From contig NC_068982.1 of assembly GCF_001194135.2 (NCBI RefSeq), positions 48,525,519 to 48,580,950 on the forward strand: a stretch of DNA of 55,432 nt, read 5' to 3'. Positions 1-10,848 of this stretch are shown in pieces (the first letter of the stretch is position 1; every line of letters begins with the position of its first letter). The DNA is from Octopus bimaculoides (Eukaryota). The notes beneath the pieces are model-generated. The model did not search any database. It saw only the letters and a program-made list of their open reading frames with translations, and was not told where the DNA came from. A program made the position numbers and the translations under genes.

Positions 1-47
<47 letters not shown>

Positions 48-150
48 TAGATAGATATATATACATATATGTATATATATATCTACATACACATACTCTT
101 TCTCTCACACACGCACACATACACGTGTGTTTTATACATATATATGTATA
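1..150. repeat. (AT)n/(AG)/(CA) compound microsatellite
   Basis: Pure (AT)n at 1-44 grading into GATA/CA repeats. Confidence 0.95.
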
Positions 151-632
151 AAACATACTCAGATAAAAGAAAAGAACTAAAACAACTTATGCTGCATTAC
201 AGATAATGAAATTATAATAATATTATATAAATATAGTTTACAGACAGTTAACACCAAATATATTTGCTGATTCAGCTTATTCACAGATAACATCAAAAGA
301 TATCCATTGCAAAACTAAAAAAAAAAACAAATTATATTTCCAGATTGGCAAACTCACTTTTCCCATTTTTCAACATATTTTCTGCCAACCCAAGCATGTA
401 TATATTCGAATGTGGAATTTTATAAAGTGAAATCTTCTGTAAAGGATCTGTACTTGAGCAGATTTTTGCTGAATAGTTATGTTTCAACTGAAAGTCCATA
501 GTTAGGTAATCAAAATTGTGTAATAAGTTTATTTAATATTGCTTTTCAAAATTATGATAGTCTTGCCACCTTTACCTTCTAACTTCATCAACAGCATTAT
601 TCTTCCCCAAGTGCATTTTATGTTTTATTTTA

Positions 633-843
633 CAGGGTTCACCAGAAATACCTCCCACATTTTAAACTTTCACCTATGTGTTTCTAATGAACTTATGCAA
701 GTGCTAATGATGTTTTCATTTAGCTAATGAACAAAATCTGTAACCCTTTGTTTAAACAACAGTAAAATTAATTTTTCATAAGTGATGTTCCTTTTCCCTT
801 TTGTGAACCTTTCAAATGTGGGAGGTGTTTCTGTTGCACCCTG
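633..843. mobile_element. Tc1/mariner-type MITE (about 211 bp)
   Basis: TA|CAGGGTTCACCAGAAATACCTCCCACATTT at the left end and GGGAGGTGTTTCTGTTGCACCCTG|TA at the right end are imperfect TIRs with TA flanks. Confidence 0.6.
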
Positions 844-1478
844 TAGTTTTATATATGACTGCATATTCCTGCACACACGTGCGTTTATATGTAGTATGTG
901 TGTGTGCATGTGTAGGAATATGCAGTCATATATAAAACTACAGGGAATGGCAGAAATACCTCCCACATTTGAAAGGTTGATAAAGGGAAAAAGAAACAAC
1001 ATGCATGCATATGCATGCATGTACACATATGCACACACATGCAGGCATCCACAAACACATGCATGTGCCCCCCCCCCACATACATACACACTACAAGGTG
1101 TGCTTTACTGCATCTTTTTTGTGAAAGAAACATAATGTGCTCAATATGTGCTTACAGGAATATGGAAAAATCTGATAAGTATATATATATTTAATAATTT
1201 TGGCATTAAACCCATGCATTAGTTTCATGCTAATAGCTAAGTAGTTGCTAATCTGAGTGGATACAACAATCTTTAGTGGATGTAAAGCAGAGAACGCTAT
1301 GTTGTTGTCATGTGACATTAGGCATGGTTCAACAGGTTTTTCAATAACCGTAAGTGGATATGAAAGGAAGACACCTTAGCTTATTATTATGCAACATAAG
1401 TCATGAGTTTAATTCACTGGAGGGAATCTGTAGGTCTGTCTGCAGTTAGAGATTAGCAAGTAAAGAGAAAAAAAAAGC

Positions 1479-2520
1479 TGCTTAGAGTGGTGAAATACAT
1501 TTCTGTGTTATACTTAAGTTGTCTCTTTTGAGCCAGCTTTTGCAGACTGATCCTCAAAGACGGTCTGTTCATGTTGTCTTAGAGTCTTTTTTCTTTCTTT
1601 CATTTATCTATCCATTCTTTGTTGCCTACTGTGCCTGGAAATCACAGTTTTATTTTCTTTAGACTCGTGCTTAAAAGAACAAATATATCAGCACAGCCTG
1701 CTCTTGAAGACATTTTCATTTGAAGCTATATAAAAAGATGCAGTCCGAACTGCAATACACTGCACTTCAGCTGCAATATATCGCAGTATCTAGCTCCAAA
1801 TAGATATAAAAATAGAATAATTCATGGCACTATATAATAGTTTCCAGCTCAAAATTTGTACACCAATATACACAAAAATAAAGAAAAAATTGCTTAGAGT
1901 GGTGAAATACATTTCTCTCTTATACTTAAGTTGTCCCCTGGCTTTTGCAGGCTAATCCTCAAACAAGGTCTAGTCATGTTGTCTTAGAGTCTTATCTTTT
2001 TCTTTCTTTATCTATTTATTCTTTGTTGCCTAATGTGTCTGGAGATCACTGTTCTATTTTCTTTTGACTGGTGCTTGAAAGAACTGGCATATTAGTGCAG
2101 CCTACTCTTGAAGACATTTTCATTTAGGGCTACATAAGAGGTTGTTGCCTGAATTACAATATACTGCAGTATCTAGCACCAACAAGATTTAAAAAATGGT
2201 GTCATTCATGGCACTATATAACAGTTTTCAGTTCAAAATTTCTATGCCAATATACACAGACATCTCAGAAGTAAAAAGACATCTCATATAATACATTTAA
2301 TCTGTGTGGACACTACCTGGTGCTTCAAACTTGTTAATGTATTATGTAGAACACATGTCTACAAAAAACTAGATTAGGTATTTAAATGCATTGAATGACA
2401 TTTTTTTGTTTCCAGTAATAAATCGCTCAAAAGCAAATGTGTCTATTCATTTTTGAAACAGTAGTGTGTGTGTGCACCAGCATGACCACATTCCAATGAC
2501 TGTAACTGGTAAAAAGATAT
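1479..2520 (-). pseudogene. Two tandem diverged copies (period about 412 bp) of a Penelope-like GIY-YIG endonuclease remnant
   Basis: GCTTAGAGTGGTGAAATACATTTC recurs at about 1480 and about 1892. Minus-strand translation gives ..NENVFKSRL..SFKHESKENKTVISRH..KRDNLSITQKCI, resembling the PLE GIY-YIG C-terminal half; many stops. Confidence 0.55.
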
Positions 2521-3594
2521 ATTGTTTTTAAACAAGAATATTATTGACAGTGACTTTGAAGTTTTGGCCACTTAGGCAATCATTGGGCTGCAATGCATTG
2601 AAGTTTATGTTTGGCCTTATATAATCTCTGTTGAATTAAAATCTTCCTTGGGTATGTGGGTTTGAATGGAGTGGTAATTAGGTTTTAGAGTGGGTTGTGA
2701 TGGAGAGGTGCTTTGGAGAAACTTTTATTGATTGTATCTATCTATCTATCTATCTATTTATCTATCACAACAAAATAGTGAGATTGTTTGTATTAAAGAA
2801 TGTGAAAGAAGACAAAGTGATTTAAAAAGAAATAGATGTAGCATAGTTTATGATAACCTAATTATTATAGCAACTAATCTAACACTTGAGTGTGCATTTT
2901 GTGCATATGTATATCGAATCTCCATTTGCTGTTGAAATCTTGTTTGGTACACCTGTCTTTTGCTAACTACTAAAAAGTGTCCATCTAGTATGAAATATAA
3001 TTAAAATCAGTGATAATAACCAAATGTTGGCAACAGTCATAAGGTCTTTGAGGTGTTTAACAGTGCATTTCTTACAGAATTAATATTAAAACAAAAAGTA
3101 TGGAAAGGAAATGGAAATATGATGGATGACATGATGGATATTATTATAATTTCTTTACTAAATCAACTGATCTTGCCAAATGCTGGAAGCTGTGTCCTTT
3201 ATGAATGACTAATTCATCTTGTTGCTAATGAGAAGTAAATAAGAATCACATTAAAGTATTGTTGCTTTAAGGCATATTGATACCAACCAACGAAATCTTC
3301 ATTTCATAAATATTTAACTATCATTAGATACATTAGCTAAATAAGTGCTGTAAATAAGTCATAAATAAGTGTTAACTAAGTCAATTTATCAGTTATTTAA
3401 TTTTAAAATCTTTTACTTTTGGTTATTAATAATTCAAGAGTGCTTCTAAAGAGTAACTTAAACTGCTAGATTTAGCAGTTTCATCCCTTTCCACCTAAAT
3501 CAGATCCTACTATCTAAAATAGAGAAATATATTTTGTAAAAAGGATTTTGAAATGTAGAAAGTCTGATTAACTATGATGATATTTCTTTTCAAG

Positions 3595-3634
3595 CCTATA
3601 GATACAGATATTGCTACAAAACCACATGGTCTAG
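3595..3634 (+). CDS. Candidate coding micro-exon (PIDTDIATKPHGL), phase 0 to 1, unidentified gene
   Basis: TTTCTTTTCAAG|...CTAG|GTATCT; open frame; phase joins 8630 to make codon GAC. Confidence 0.5.
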
Positions 3635-3679
3635 GTATCTCAAGCAAATATCTCTACTATAGCTTTGAGCTGACTAATA

Positions 3680-3910
3680 CTTGTGAGTGAAGTTGGTAGA
3701 CAGAAACTATGTGGAAGCCTGCAGTGTGTGTGTTGTATGCATGTGTGTCTTTCTGAAATCTGTTTCTCTATTCACAGCATTTCAAAAAACTGGTCTTCTG
3801 TGCTTATTTCTCATAACTTGCAGTGTGACAGAAAGAGATTGTTAAATTAAGTATGGGGGTTTATTTGATCAACTACAGCCCTTCAAAACATTGCCCCAGT
3901 ATGACCACAT
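3680..3910 (+). mobile_element. Decayed SINE body (family B, same as 42620-43003)
   Basis: GTGAGTGAAGTTGGTAGACAGAAACT..GAAGCC..TAACTT..CCCCAGTATGACCACA matches other copies in the window. Confidence 0.6.
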
Positions 3911-4204
3911 TTATCTTTCTTTGAGCAGTGTTTGCTCATGCGTTTTTTTATGCACGTGAGATATTGCTCCATTCTATCCAACATCAGAGGTGTATCACTT
4001 TAGTCCCTAAAGATTGAAGGTCAACAATTGGAGGTAAAGTTTGCAGTCAGAATACAAAGAGCTAGAACAATAACACAATACACCTCAGCCAATGCTGTAA
4101 CATTTCTACCAATATCCACTGCTCTGACCTGTGGTAGCTGAGCCTTCTGTTCTACACTACTGATTTCATTACCCATGTTTCTGCGGAGTTATAAATCCAT
4201 CTTT

Positions 4205-4635
4205 AGAATGGTACTTGAAAGAACTAACATAACAGTACAACCTGCTGTTGAAGACATTTTCATTTAAGGCTACATAAGAGGATTCTGTCTGAACTACAAT
4301 GTATTGCAGTATCTGGCACCAACAAGATTCAGAAATGGTATCATTCACAGCACTATATAGCAGTTCCCAGCTCAAAATTTGCATACCAATATACACTGAC
4401 ATCTCAAAAGTAAATAGACACCTTTCATCATACCGTTTTATGTGTGTGGGCACTATCTGGTGCTTTGAACTTGTTAATATACTACAACAACATACATCTA
4501 CTAAAAACTAGATTAAATATTTAAATGCATTGAATGACATTATTTTGTTTCTAGAAATAAATCGTTCAAAAATGAATATGTTTATTCATTTTGAGATAGA
4601 AATGTGTGTACTCCAGCACAACCACAGTCCAATCA
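4205..4635 (-). pseudogene. Third copy of the Penelope-like GIY-YIG remnant
   Basis: Shares GAAGACATTTTCATTT..GGCACTATATA..TTTAAATGCATTGAATGACATT with 1479-2520; ORF 4169-4453 contains SSYVALNENVFNSRL..SSFK, like the PLE YIGLTE.FK.R...SSF motif. Confidence 0.55.
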
Positions 4636-5451
4636 CTGAAACCAGTAAAAGGATATGATGGGGCACAACTACAAATTCGTGTTGACCCACTCTTTCTTTA
4701 TATGTTCTTCTTTTTCACTTCTGAACTTACTACTCACCCACATTATTTCTAACAGGGCCTGTAATACTTTGGAAGGAGGTTAGTTGATTGAATTGACTGG
4801 TACTTTACTTTATAGACCACAGAGGAATGACAGGCAAAGTTGACTTTGGTGGAATTTAAACACAGAATGTAGAGAGCTACTACAAATACTGCAGTTCCCC
4901 TGTTAAATCTAATGATTCTACTCCTCCACCCATATGTTACAAATGTAACTTTCAGCGGAGCATTCTATGTAATCCTTGATTACATTAATTGTATTGCACT
5001 GACACAAATACACTAGAAGAAAATTATGTTTATATCTCACTATTTCTGATCATTGTTTTACCTGGATACACACACATACAAATGTTTACAGATAATACCA
5101 GGTTATATAATAAATGTATTTTCTAATATCTGTCTCTTTTTCTGATGAAAGCACCACATCGATGTGTTTTCTATTTTTATGAGTGTTGCCAGCCAGAAAC
5201 TTACAATCATTTTTAGGGTAGAATATAAAAAGGAGATATTCATGCAATTATTTTATTATATATGCTTTGGTTTATTTTTCATGTGCTATATAATTAGCAT
5301 TATATTCCAAATATATTAAAGCTTGAATCTGAGTCTGTTACACGAAAATTAATCAAGTATTTTAAATGAACCTTGCATGAAAATATTCTCTCAAGATTTA
5401 AGGAATAGTTTTTCTAGCAATATATCTATCTATCTATATATCTAACTAACT

Positions 5452-5454
<3 letters not shown>

Positions 5455-5504
<50 letters not shown>

Positions 5505-5520
5505 GAGAGGGAGAGAGATA
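5455..5520. repeat. (GA)n microsatellite
   Basis: Directly visible. Confidence 0.95.
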
Positions 5521-5763
5521 AATGTTTGAATAAGTGACATAAGAGAAAAGAAGAAGCATTCACACTTTTTCAAAGTAGATTTAAATATACATATTTGTAC
5601 ATAAAAATGTGAGTCAACCACATGCAATTTTGTTCCTGCCCTCTCCTATCTTTGTTTACCCCTCTTCCTCTGTTCCTTGGACTCTTCTATTTGCATCTGA
5701 TGATAGATGATACTCAAACTATTATACTTTCACTCAATAACTTTTTGCTTATGACTTTTCCTC

Positions 5764-6331
5764 CCTATGAGCCAGCTGGAGGAGATGTCCTCCTGGGGCT
5801 AAAAGCAACAGTAACATCCACCCCTAGGGGTCAGCCACACTTAAGTGGCAATATACTACACTTTATCGTGCAGTTACTGTTAATACTTCATTTAGAGAAT
5901 TAACATTGCTTGTTTTCACCTTTTCAATATCAGTGAAGAATTTCACTGGAAAAGAAGATATAAGGTTTGCCAGGTTTTTGTCTCTCTCACCAAGGTCATC
6001 AGCTGTCGAACGCCGACGAAGGGAAATAACCCTGAAATCCGGATACGTTCGTGCTGCTGGTCGAGGTGAGAGGGATAACTCCCTTGGCAAACAGGACACA
6101 GTCGTGTGTCGATAAGCCAGCTGGAGGAGATGTCCTCCTGGGGCTAAAAGCAACAGTAACATCCACCCCTAGGGNNNNNNNNNNCCTATGAGCCAGCTGG
6201 AGGAGATGTCCTCCTGGGGCTAAAAGCAACAGTAACATCCACCCCTAGGGGTCAGCCACACTTAAGTGGCAATATACTACACTTTATCGTGCAGTTACTG
6301 TTAATACTTCATTTAGAGAATTAACATTGCT
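5764..6331 (+). mobile_element. Retrozyme-like tandem element (345-nt monomer, A-B-A, gap, A) carrying a hammerhead ribozyme
   Basis: AGCCAGCTGGAGGAGATGTCC at 5770 and 6115 (offset 345) and again just after the 10-N gap; many hairpins; HHR at 6007-6051; no coding potential. Confidence 0.7.
6007..6051 (+). ncRNA. Type I hammerhead ribozyme (U4C core variant)
   Basis: CGAACG-CCGACGA-AGGG(AAATAA)CCCT-GAAAT(CCGG)ATA^CGTTCG: 6-bp stem I, 4-bp stem II, palindromic minimal stem III; predicted cleavage after 6045. Confidence 0.8.
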
Positions 6332-6362
<31 letters not shown>

Positions 6363-6899
6363 TATATGCATATATGCATACATATATGTACATACCTACA
6401 TCTATATGTATACATACATGCATTGTAATTACAATGCGCACTCCTCTATTATCTCTCTCCCTCTCTTGTTCTTCATCCTTACTGTTTTTCTCTCCCACTC
6501 TTTCCTTATTCTCTCCCTTTCACCGTTCCCACTCTCTCTCTCTCACTCCTCCTCTTCCTCTTTGACTCTCTCTCGTCGCTGACACGTGACGAAAGGGGTT
6601 CTTTCTTTTTGCCCACTGGTCTTCCTCAAGAACAGACGTGTTTTTTGTCTCTTCGTGACACTCCTACTTAGCGTTCATAATTTTTCTATCGTCTTGGCTC
6701 AACAGCCCTCACAGGTAAGAAACACAAAGTTCCCATAGACAACTACGATATTATAAATAAAGAATAGCTTAATAAAAAATGCAAACGCAATAATAAGAAT
6801 AATAGATCAACTAATACAAGGACAGATAATTCATTTAAAGATAAAAATTATAAACCTAATAATAGAAATAACAACGAAAAAACCTGGTTAATAATCCCA

Positions 6900-7560
6900 T
6901 ACGGGAACCAGGTTAAAACAACGCTATGATGTCTCGTATCTCACGTGTTTTAGTTCTAAACGTCAGTTTAACATTTGTGATCACATGGTAGGCGCCATTT
7001 TGTCACGTGATACGCATAGTATACATTTCTTTGCTTTGGATAGTACCTCAGTCAACCAAGTTTCCTCGTTAAGTTAAGTGACTTTTTTTTCCTTATATTC
7101 TTGCACGGTTTTTTCCCTTTACTAGCTAATCACACTTTCGTTATATACGTTTCCTTTTCTACAGATATTATCTCTCCAATTGACGTTTTATGCCTTAAAT
7201 TTGACAGATATTTATTGCTATTTGATGTGTTTTATTATAAAACCTTGACAATTTCCTTTGTACTAAATGCTGCTTAAACGGACAGATTTTTATACTTTTC
7301 TTATTTTAAGCATTTTAAAATTTAAGATACGGTTTTGAAGTTACCGGACCTGAAGAGTGTCCTCATATTGGGTGGTATCTATCTTGTTCGATTCACTGTA
7401 GATTGACCAGATATTTCCCACTGTTATGTGGCCATGAAACGCGCGTTGTCTTTCTCTCACTTTCGTCTCTTAAACGTAACCGATTTTAATTCTTAGTCCA
7501 ATATTTCAAAGATTTTTATATATTATAAATTCTCTCTTGCATTTTTTAGATTTTTAAACT
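6900..7560 (+). mobile_element. Probable Penelope-like pseudo-LTR / non-coding part
   Basis: CpG-richer non-coding block containing an HHR motif directly upstream of PLE RT remnants; boundaries approximate. Confidence 0.45.
7346..7451 (+). ncRNA. Type I hammerhead ribozyme with elongated stem II
   Basis: GGAC-CTGAAGA-[GTGTCCTCATA...TATGTGGCCAT]-GAAAC(GCGC)GTT^GTCT; predicted cleavage after 7447. Confidence 0.6.
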
Positions 7561-7670
7561 AGTTTTGTATAGTACACTTTTATTGATGGTGTCTGATCTC
7601 CTTCTTCGTGCGAGTTACACCATGGTGGTTCTTCTCTAAATTATTTAAAAAAATATATATATATTTCAAA

Positions 7671-8450
7671 ATGGATATCGTTACCAAGGCAGTATGCATG
7701 GTTCTAAAGAAGAACACATTTAACTTTGATGGTAAAACATAGCAAATGAAGGGCATAGCTATGGTGACAAAATTTACACCCTCATACATTTACCTGGTTA
7801 TGAGTTTTTTAGTAGAAAAATAGTAGAAGTAGAGAAAACGTTTGACCAAAATTTCAAGAACACATGTCATGGAAAAGTGGAAACACTTCCTCCTTGACTG
7901 TTTTAACTTTTGAGAGAAATCAAATGATGATCTGCAAATATTCAATAACATTCTAAACACCCTTCAACCATCTACCAAATTCCTGACAGAAATCAGTCAT
8001 AATGACTTACTGTTCCTAGATATTTACATGAAAATATGTGACTCCACTCTAACAATGGATATATTTTACAAAATAACAGACACACACCAGTATTTGAACT
8101 CCTACTCCTGCCATCCTTCACACATCAAAAGTAACACTCCATATAGTATAGTAAGATGTGTCTGTGCAACAGTAGTTGATCTGAAAATGCATCAAATTTA
8201 ACTCAATGAACTCAAAGTCTTCCTAAGGAAAAAACAGATTTACTCCTTAAAATTAATAAATGATAGAATTATAAAGGCAATGAAACTAGACATCATACAA
8301 CCGAGGACACTTTTGAAAAATATTGAAGAAAATGCTATTCTATTTATCAATAGACATAATTCAGGAGTGACCAACATTTTCCACACTATAGTGACAAACC
8401 TACCAATACTCTTACAAAACTCCAAAATAAAAAAACAATTCTAAAAATCC
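7671..8450 (+). pseudogene. Penelope-like reverse transcriptase remnant
   Basis: Translates as VLKKNTFNFDGKT*QMKGIAMVTKFTPSY (RT motif B region), then LNTLQPSTKFLTEISHNDLLFLDIY..DIFYKITDTHQYLNSYSCHPSHIKSNTPYSIVR, typical of the PLE RT and thumb; stops and frameshifts. Confidence 0.85.
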
Positions 8451-8629
8451 TGGGTCTCCTTAAAGCAACCACTGTTTACTCTTAAACGTACAAACAAACA
8501 CATGCACACACATACAGTATGTTTATGTTTATGTATGTGTGCTTTGTAAATGAATCACAAATATGATAATATCGAAATTCTGGTCTACATAATCTTGAAG
8601 CTTTTTCTTATAAATACATTTTAACAAAG

Positions 8630-8679
8630 ACATTGTGATCAGCTTCCGACATGACATGTCTCCAGATAAAACTGAGGAA
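8630..8679 (+). CDS. Candidate coding micro-exon ((D)IVISFRHDMSPDKTEE), phase 1 to 0
   Basis: TTTTAACAAAG|AC ATT GTG...GAG GAA|GTATGG; phases match the neighbouring candidates. Confidence 0.5.
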
Positions 8680-8994
8680 GTATGGTTACCACAAATATTT
8701 GGTCTGAGGCCAGCCTTAATCATCAGTAAATATTACTGCACGTCTTTTATCTATCAACTGACAAACAGCAAATTTCACTTAGGCAGGATGCCAGAGACAG
8801 ATGTTGGAAATAAGAAATTCCTTTTCTAATTTTCTACCTTATATAGTTCTGAAATGTTAGCTTTCTTCCTCATCAATATCATTTATTAGACGTAGTAACC
8901 TAAAATGAGGCAAATTTCGTTAGCACTTTCAGACAGAGATGTTTGGTCTGGAACAAATATTCCAGATATTTTACTAGTTTATCTTTGTTATTAT

Positions 8995-9335
8995 TTGTTT
9001 GAGTCATTGAACTGTAGCCAAGCTCAGACACCACCTTCAAGGGTTTAGCCAGACAAATTGAGCCTGATACTTTTTAAAGTCTGGTACTTACTCTATTAAT
9101 CTCTTTTGCTAAACTACTAAGTTATTGAGAGGTAAACAAGCCACACAAATATATACACANNNNNNNNNNTATATATGACAGGTTTCCACACCGTTTCTGT
9201 CCAACAAATTCAATTACAAGGTTTTCGTTGGCCTCGAGCTATAGTAAAAATCTTTTGCCCAAGGTATTGGGCACTAGGACTAAACCCCAAACCATTTTAG
9301 TTGCAAAATGAGCTTCTAAACCACACAACCATGCC
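8995..9335 (-). mobile_element. SINE family B, decayed, contains a 10-N gap
   Basis: TTTGAGTCATTGAACTG...AAACCACACAACCATGCCTG collinear with 42620-43003. Confidence 0.75.
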
Positions 9336-9533
9336 TGGACAAAAAGTGTTGTATTCTGTTTTTGCTTACACTCGTCACCAGTTTCTCCTTTTCCTGTAAT
9401 TGCTTTGTTCACCTATTTTAAACTACTATTCAACTACATCACCAATTTCAATCAGTGCAAATGAATCACAGAGTATTTATGTAATTGCTCAAGCTGGTAC
9501 CACATGGGCACATTGGATAATTGCCTGAGAGAC

Positions 9534-9950
9534 TCATGAGTCTAGGGGCCTAATTCTAATCTATGCTGTGGTTTGCTGTTAATAAGAATTACAGGGCTCA
9601 GTGCCCTGACCTGCCTGGCAACTTCATGGTCTAAGGGGCCAATTCTGATCTAAGTTACAGCTTGCTGTCAATAAATATTATAGGGCCTAATGCACTGACT
9701 GCCACAACTGTTGAAACTGACATGTCAGTATTAAGAATTTTTGATGGGCACTTTTTGGATGATTATGGTCCCTGTTAATTTTATATATGCACATTAGTGA
9801 ATTGCTAAATCCTCCAATTATTTGGATGATGAAAACACAAATCCTATTAACTGATGAGGCAACAGAAATTGTCAAAACTGACATGTCCAAATCAAGAATT
9901 CTTGATTGGCACTTTTTGGACAATTACGTTCCCTTTTAGTGTATATGCTT
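9534..9950 (+). repeat. Two adjacent diverged tandem duplications (about 90 bp and 161 bp periods)
   Basis: CATG..TCTA.GGGGCC.AATTCT twice; AAACTGACATGTC at 9714 and 9875, each followed by AAGAATT.TTGAT.GGCACTTTTTGGA. Confidence 0.75.
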
Positions 9951-10093
9951 TCATTCATGTGCATTAACTACAGCATTAGAGCAGTTTAGCTCTTATTTCT
10001 AGCAATGTAGGTGTTTCCTAACATCCTAGTTGCATTTAGTGACATTTGTAATTTTTCTTTTTTGGTGAAACATTAGAAACTATTGTTTATAGC

Positions 10094-10135
<42 letters not shown>

Positions 10136-10535
10136 NNNNNNNNNNNNNNNNNNNNNNNNNNNNNNNNNNNNNNNNNNNNNNNNNNNNNNNNNNNNNNNNN
10201 NNNNNNNNNNNNNNNNNNNNNNNNNNNNNNNNNNNNNNNNNNNNNNNNNNNNNNNNNNNNNNNNNNNNNNNNNNNNNNNNNNNNNNNNNNNNNNNNNNNN
10301 NNNNNNNNNNNNNNNNNNNNNNNNNNNNNNNNNNNNNNNNNNNNNNNNNNNNNNNNNNNNNNNNNNNNNNNNNNNNNNNNNNNNNNNNNNNNNNNNNNNN
10401 NNNNNNNNNNNNNNNNNNNNNNNNNNNNNNNNNNNNNNNNNNNNNNNNNNNNNNNNNNNNNNNNNNNNNNNNNNNNNNNNNNNNNNNNNNNNNNNNNNNN
10501 NNNNNNNNNNNNNNNNNNNNNNNNNNNNNNNNNNN
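10136..10535. other. Assembly gap (400 N) after an (AT)n tract
   Basis: N run. Confidence 0.99.
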
Positions 10536-10799
10536 TTTTTGACAAGGAAATAATAATTTTATCACCGCCAGAATCGTTTGTTTACGTAGTCAGCACTTAC
10601 TGTATTCGACTGAATGGACGTCAGTCATTGGTTGAAATTACAGAAATACGACAACTTTAACATGAAATAACTTGCGATGTACGTTTTTTTGTTAAGAAGA
10701 CTAAGAGAAAAAGATGTTTTATATGACACATTCTACCAGTGTCCCAAGTTTCAAAGTGTTTCGTTAAGAAAATACTGGTGCCCCCGTTTTGAACTAGAT

Positions 10800-10848
<49 letters not shown>

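Noticed and set aside
724-1135. Overlapping ORFs of 82-121 aa on both strands
   Set aside because: Produced by the palindrome and CA/TG repeats; no protein-like composition
5142-5180. CTGATGA followed by a 6-bp hairpin
   Set aside because: No GAAA after the stem and no stems I or III, so not a hammerhead
6185-6331. Third copy of segment A taken as proof of a longer array
   Set aside because: It follows a 10-N gap and starts with the same CCTATG as the first copy's left junction, so it may be a haplotype or assembly duplicate; not counted as evidence
10080-10565. ORFs of 149-161 aa
   Set aside because: Artefacts of translating through an N gap; the same applies to 40701-41714 and 40784-41698
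10560-10800. CpG-containing block that looks like a DNA transposon end
   Set aside because: The other end would lie in the gap; no TIR pair or TSD can be shown
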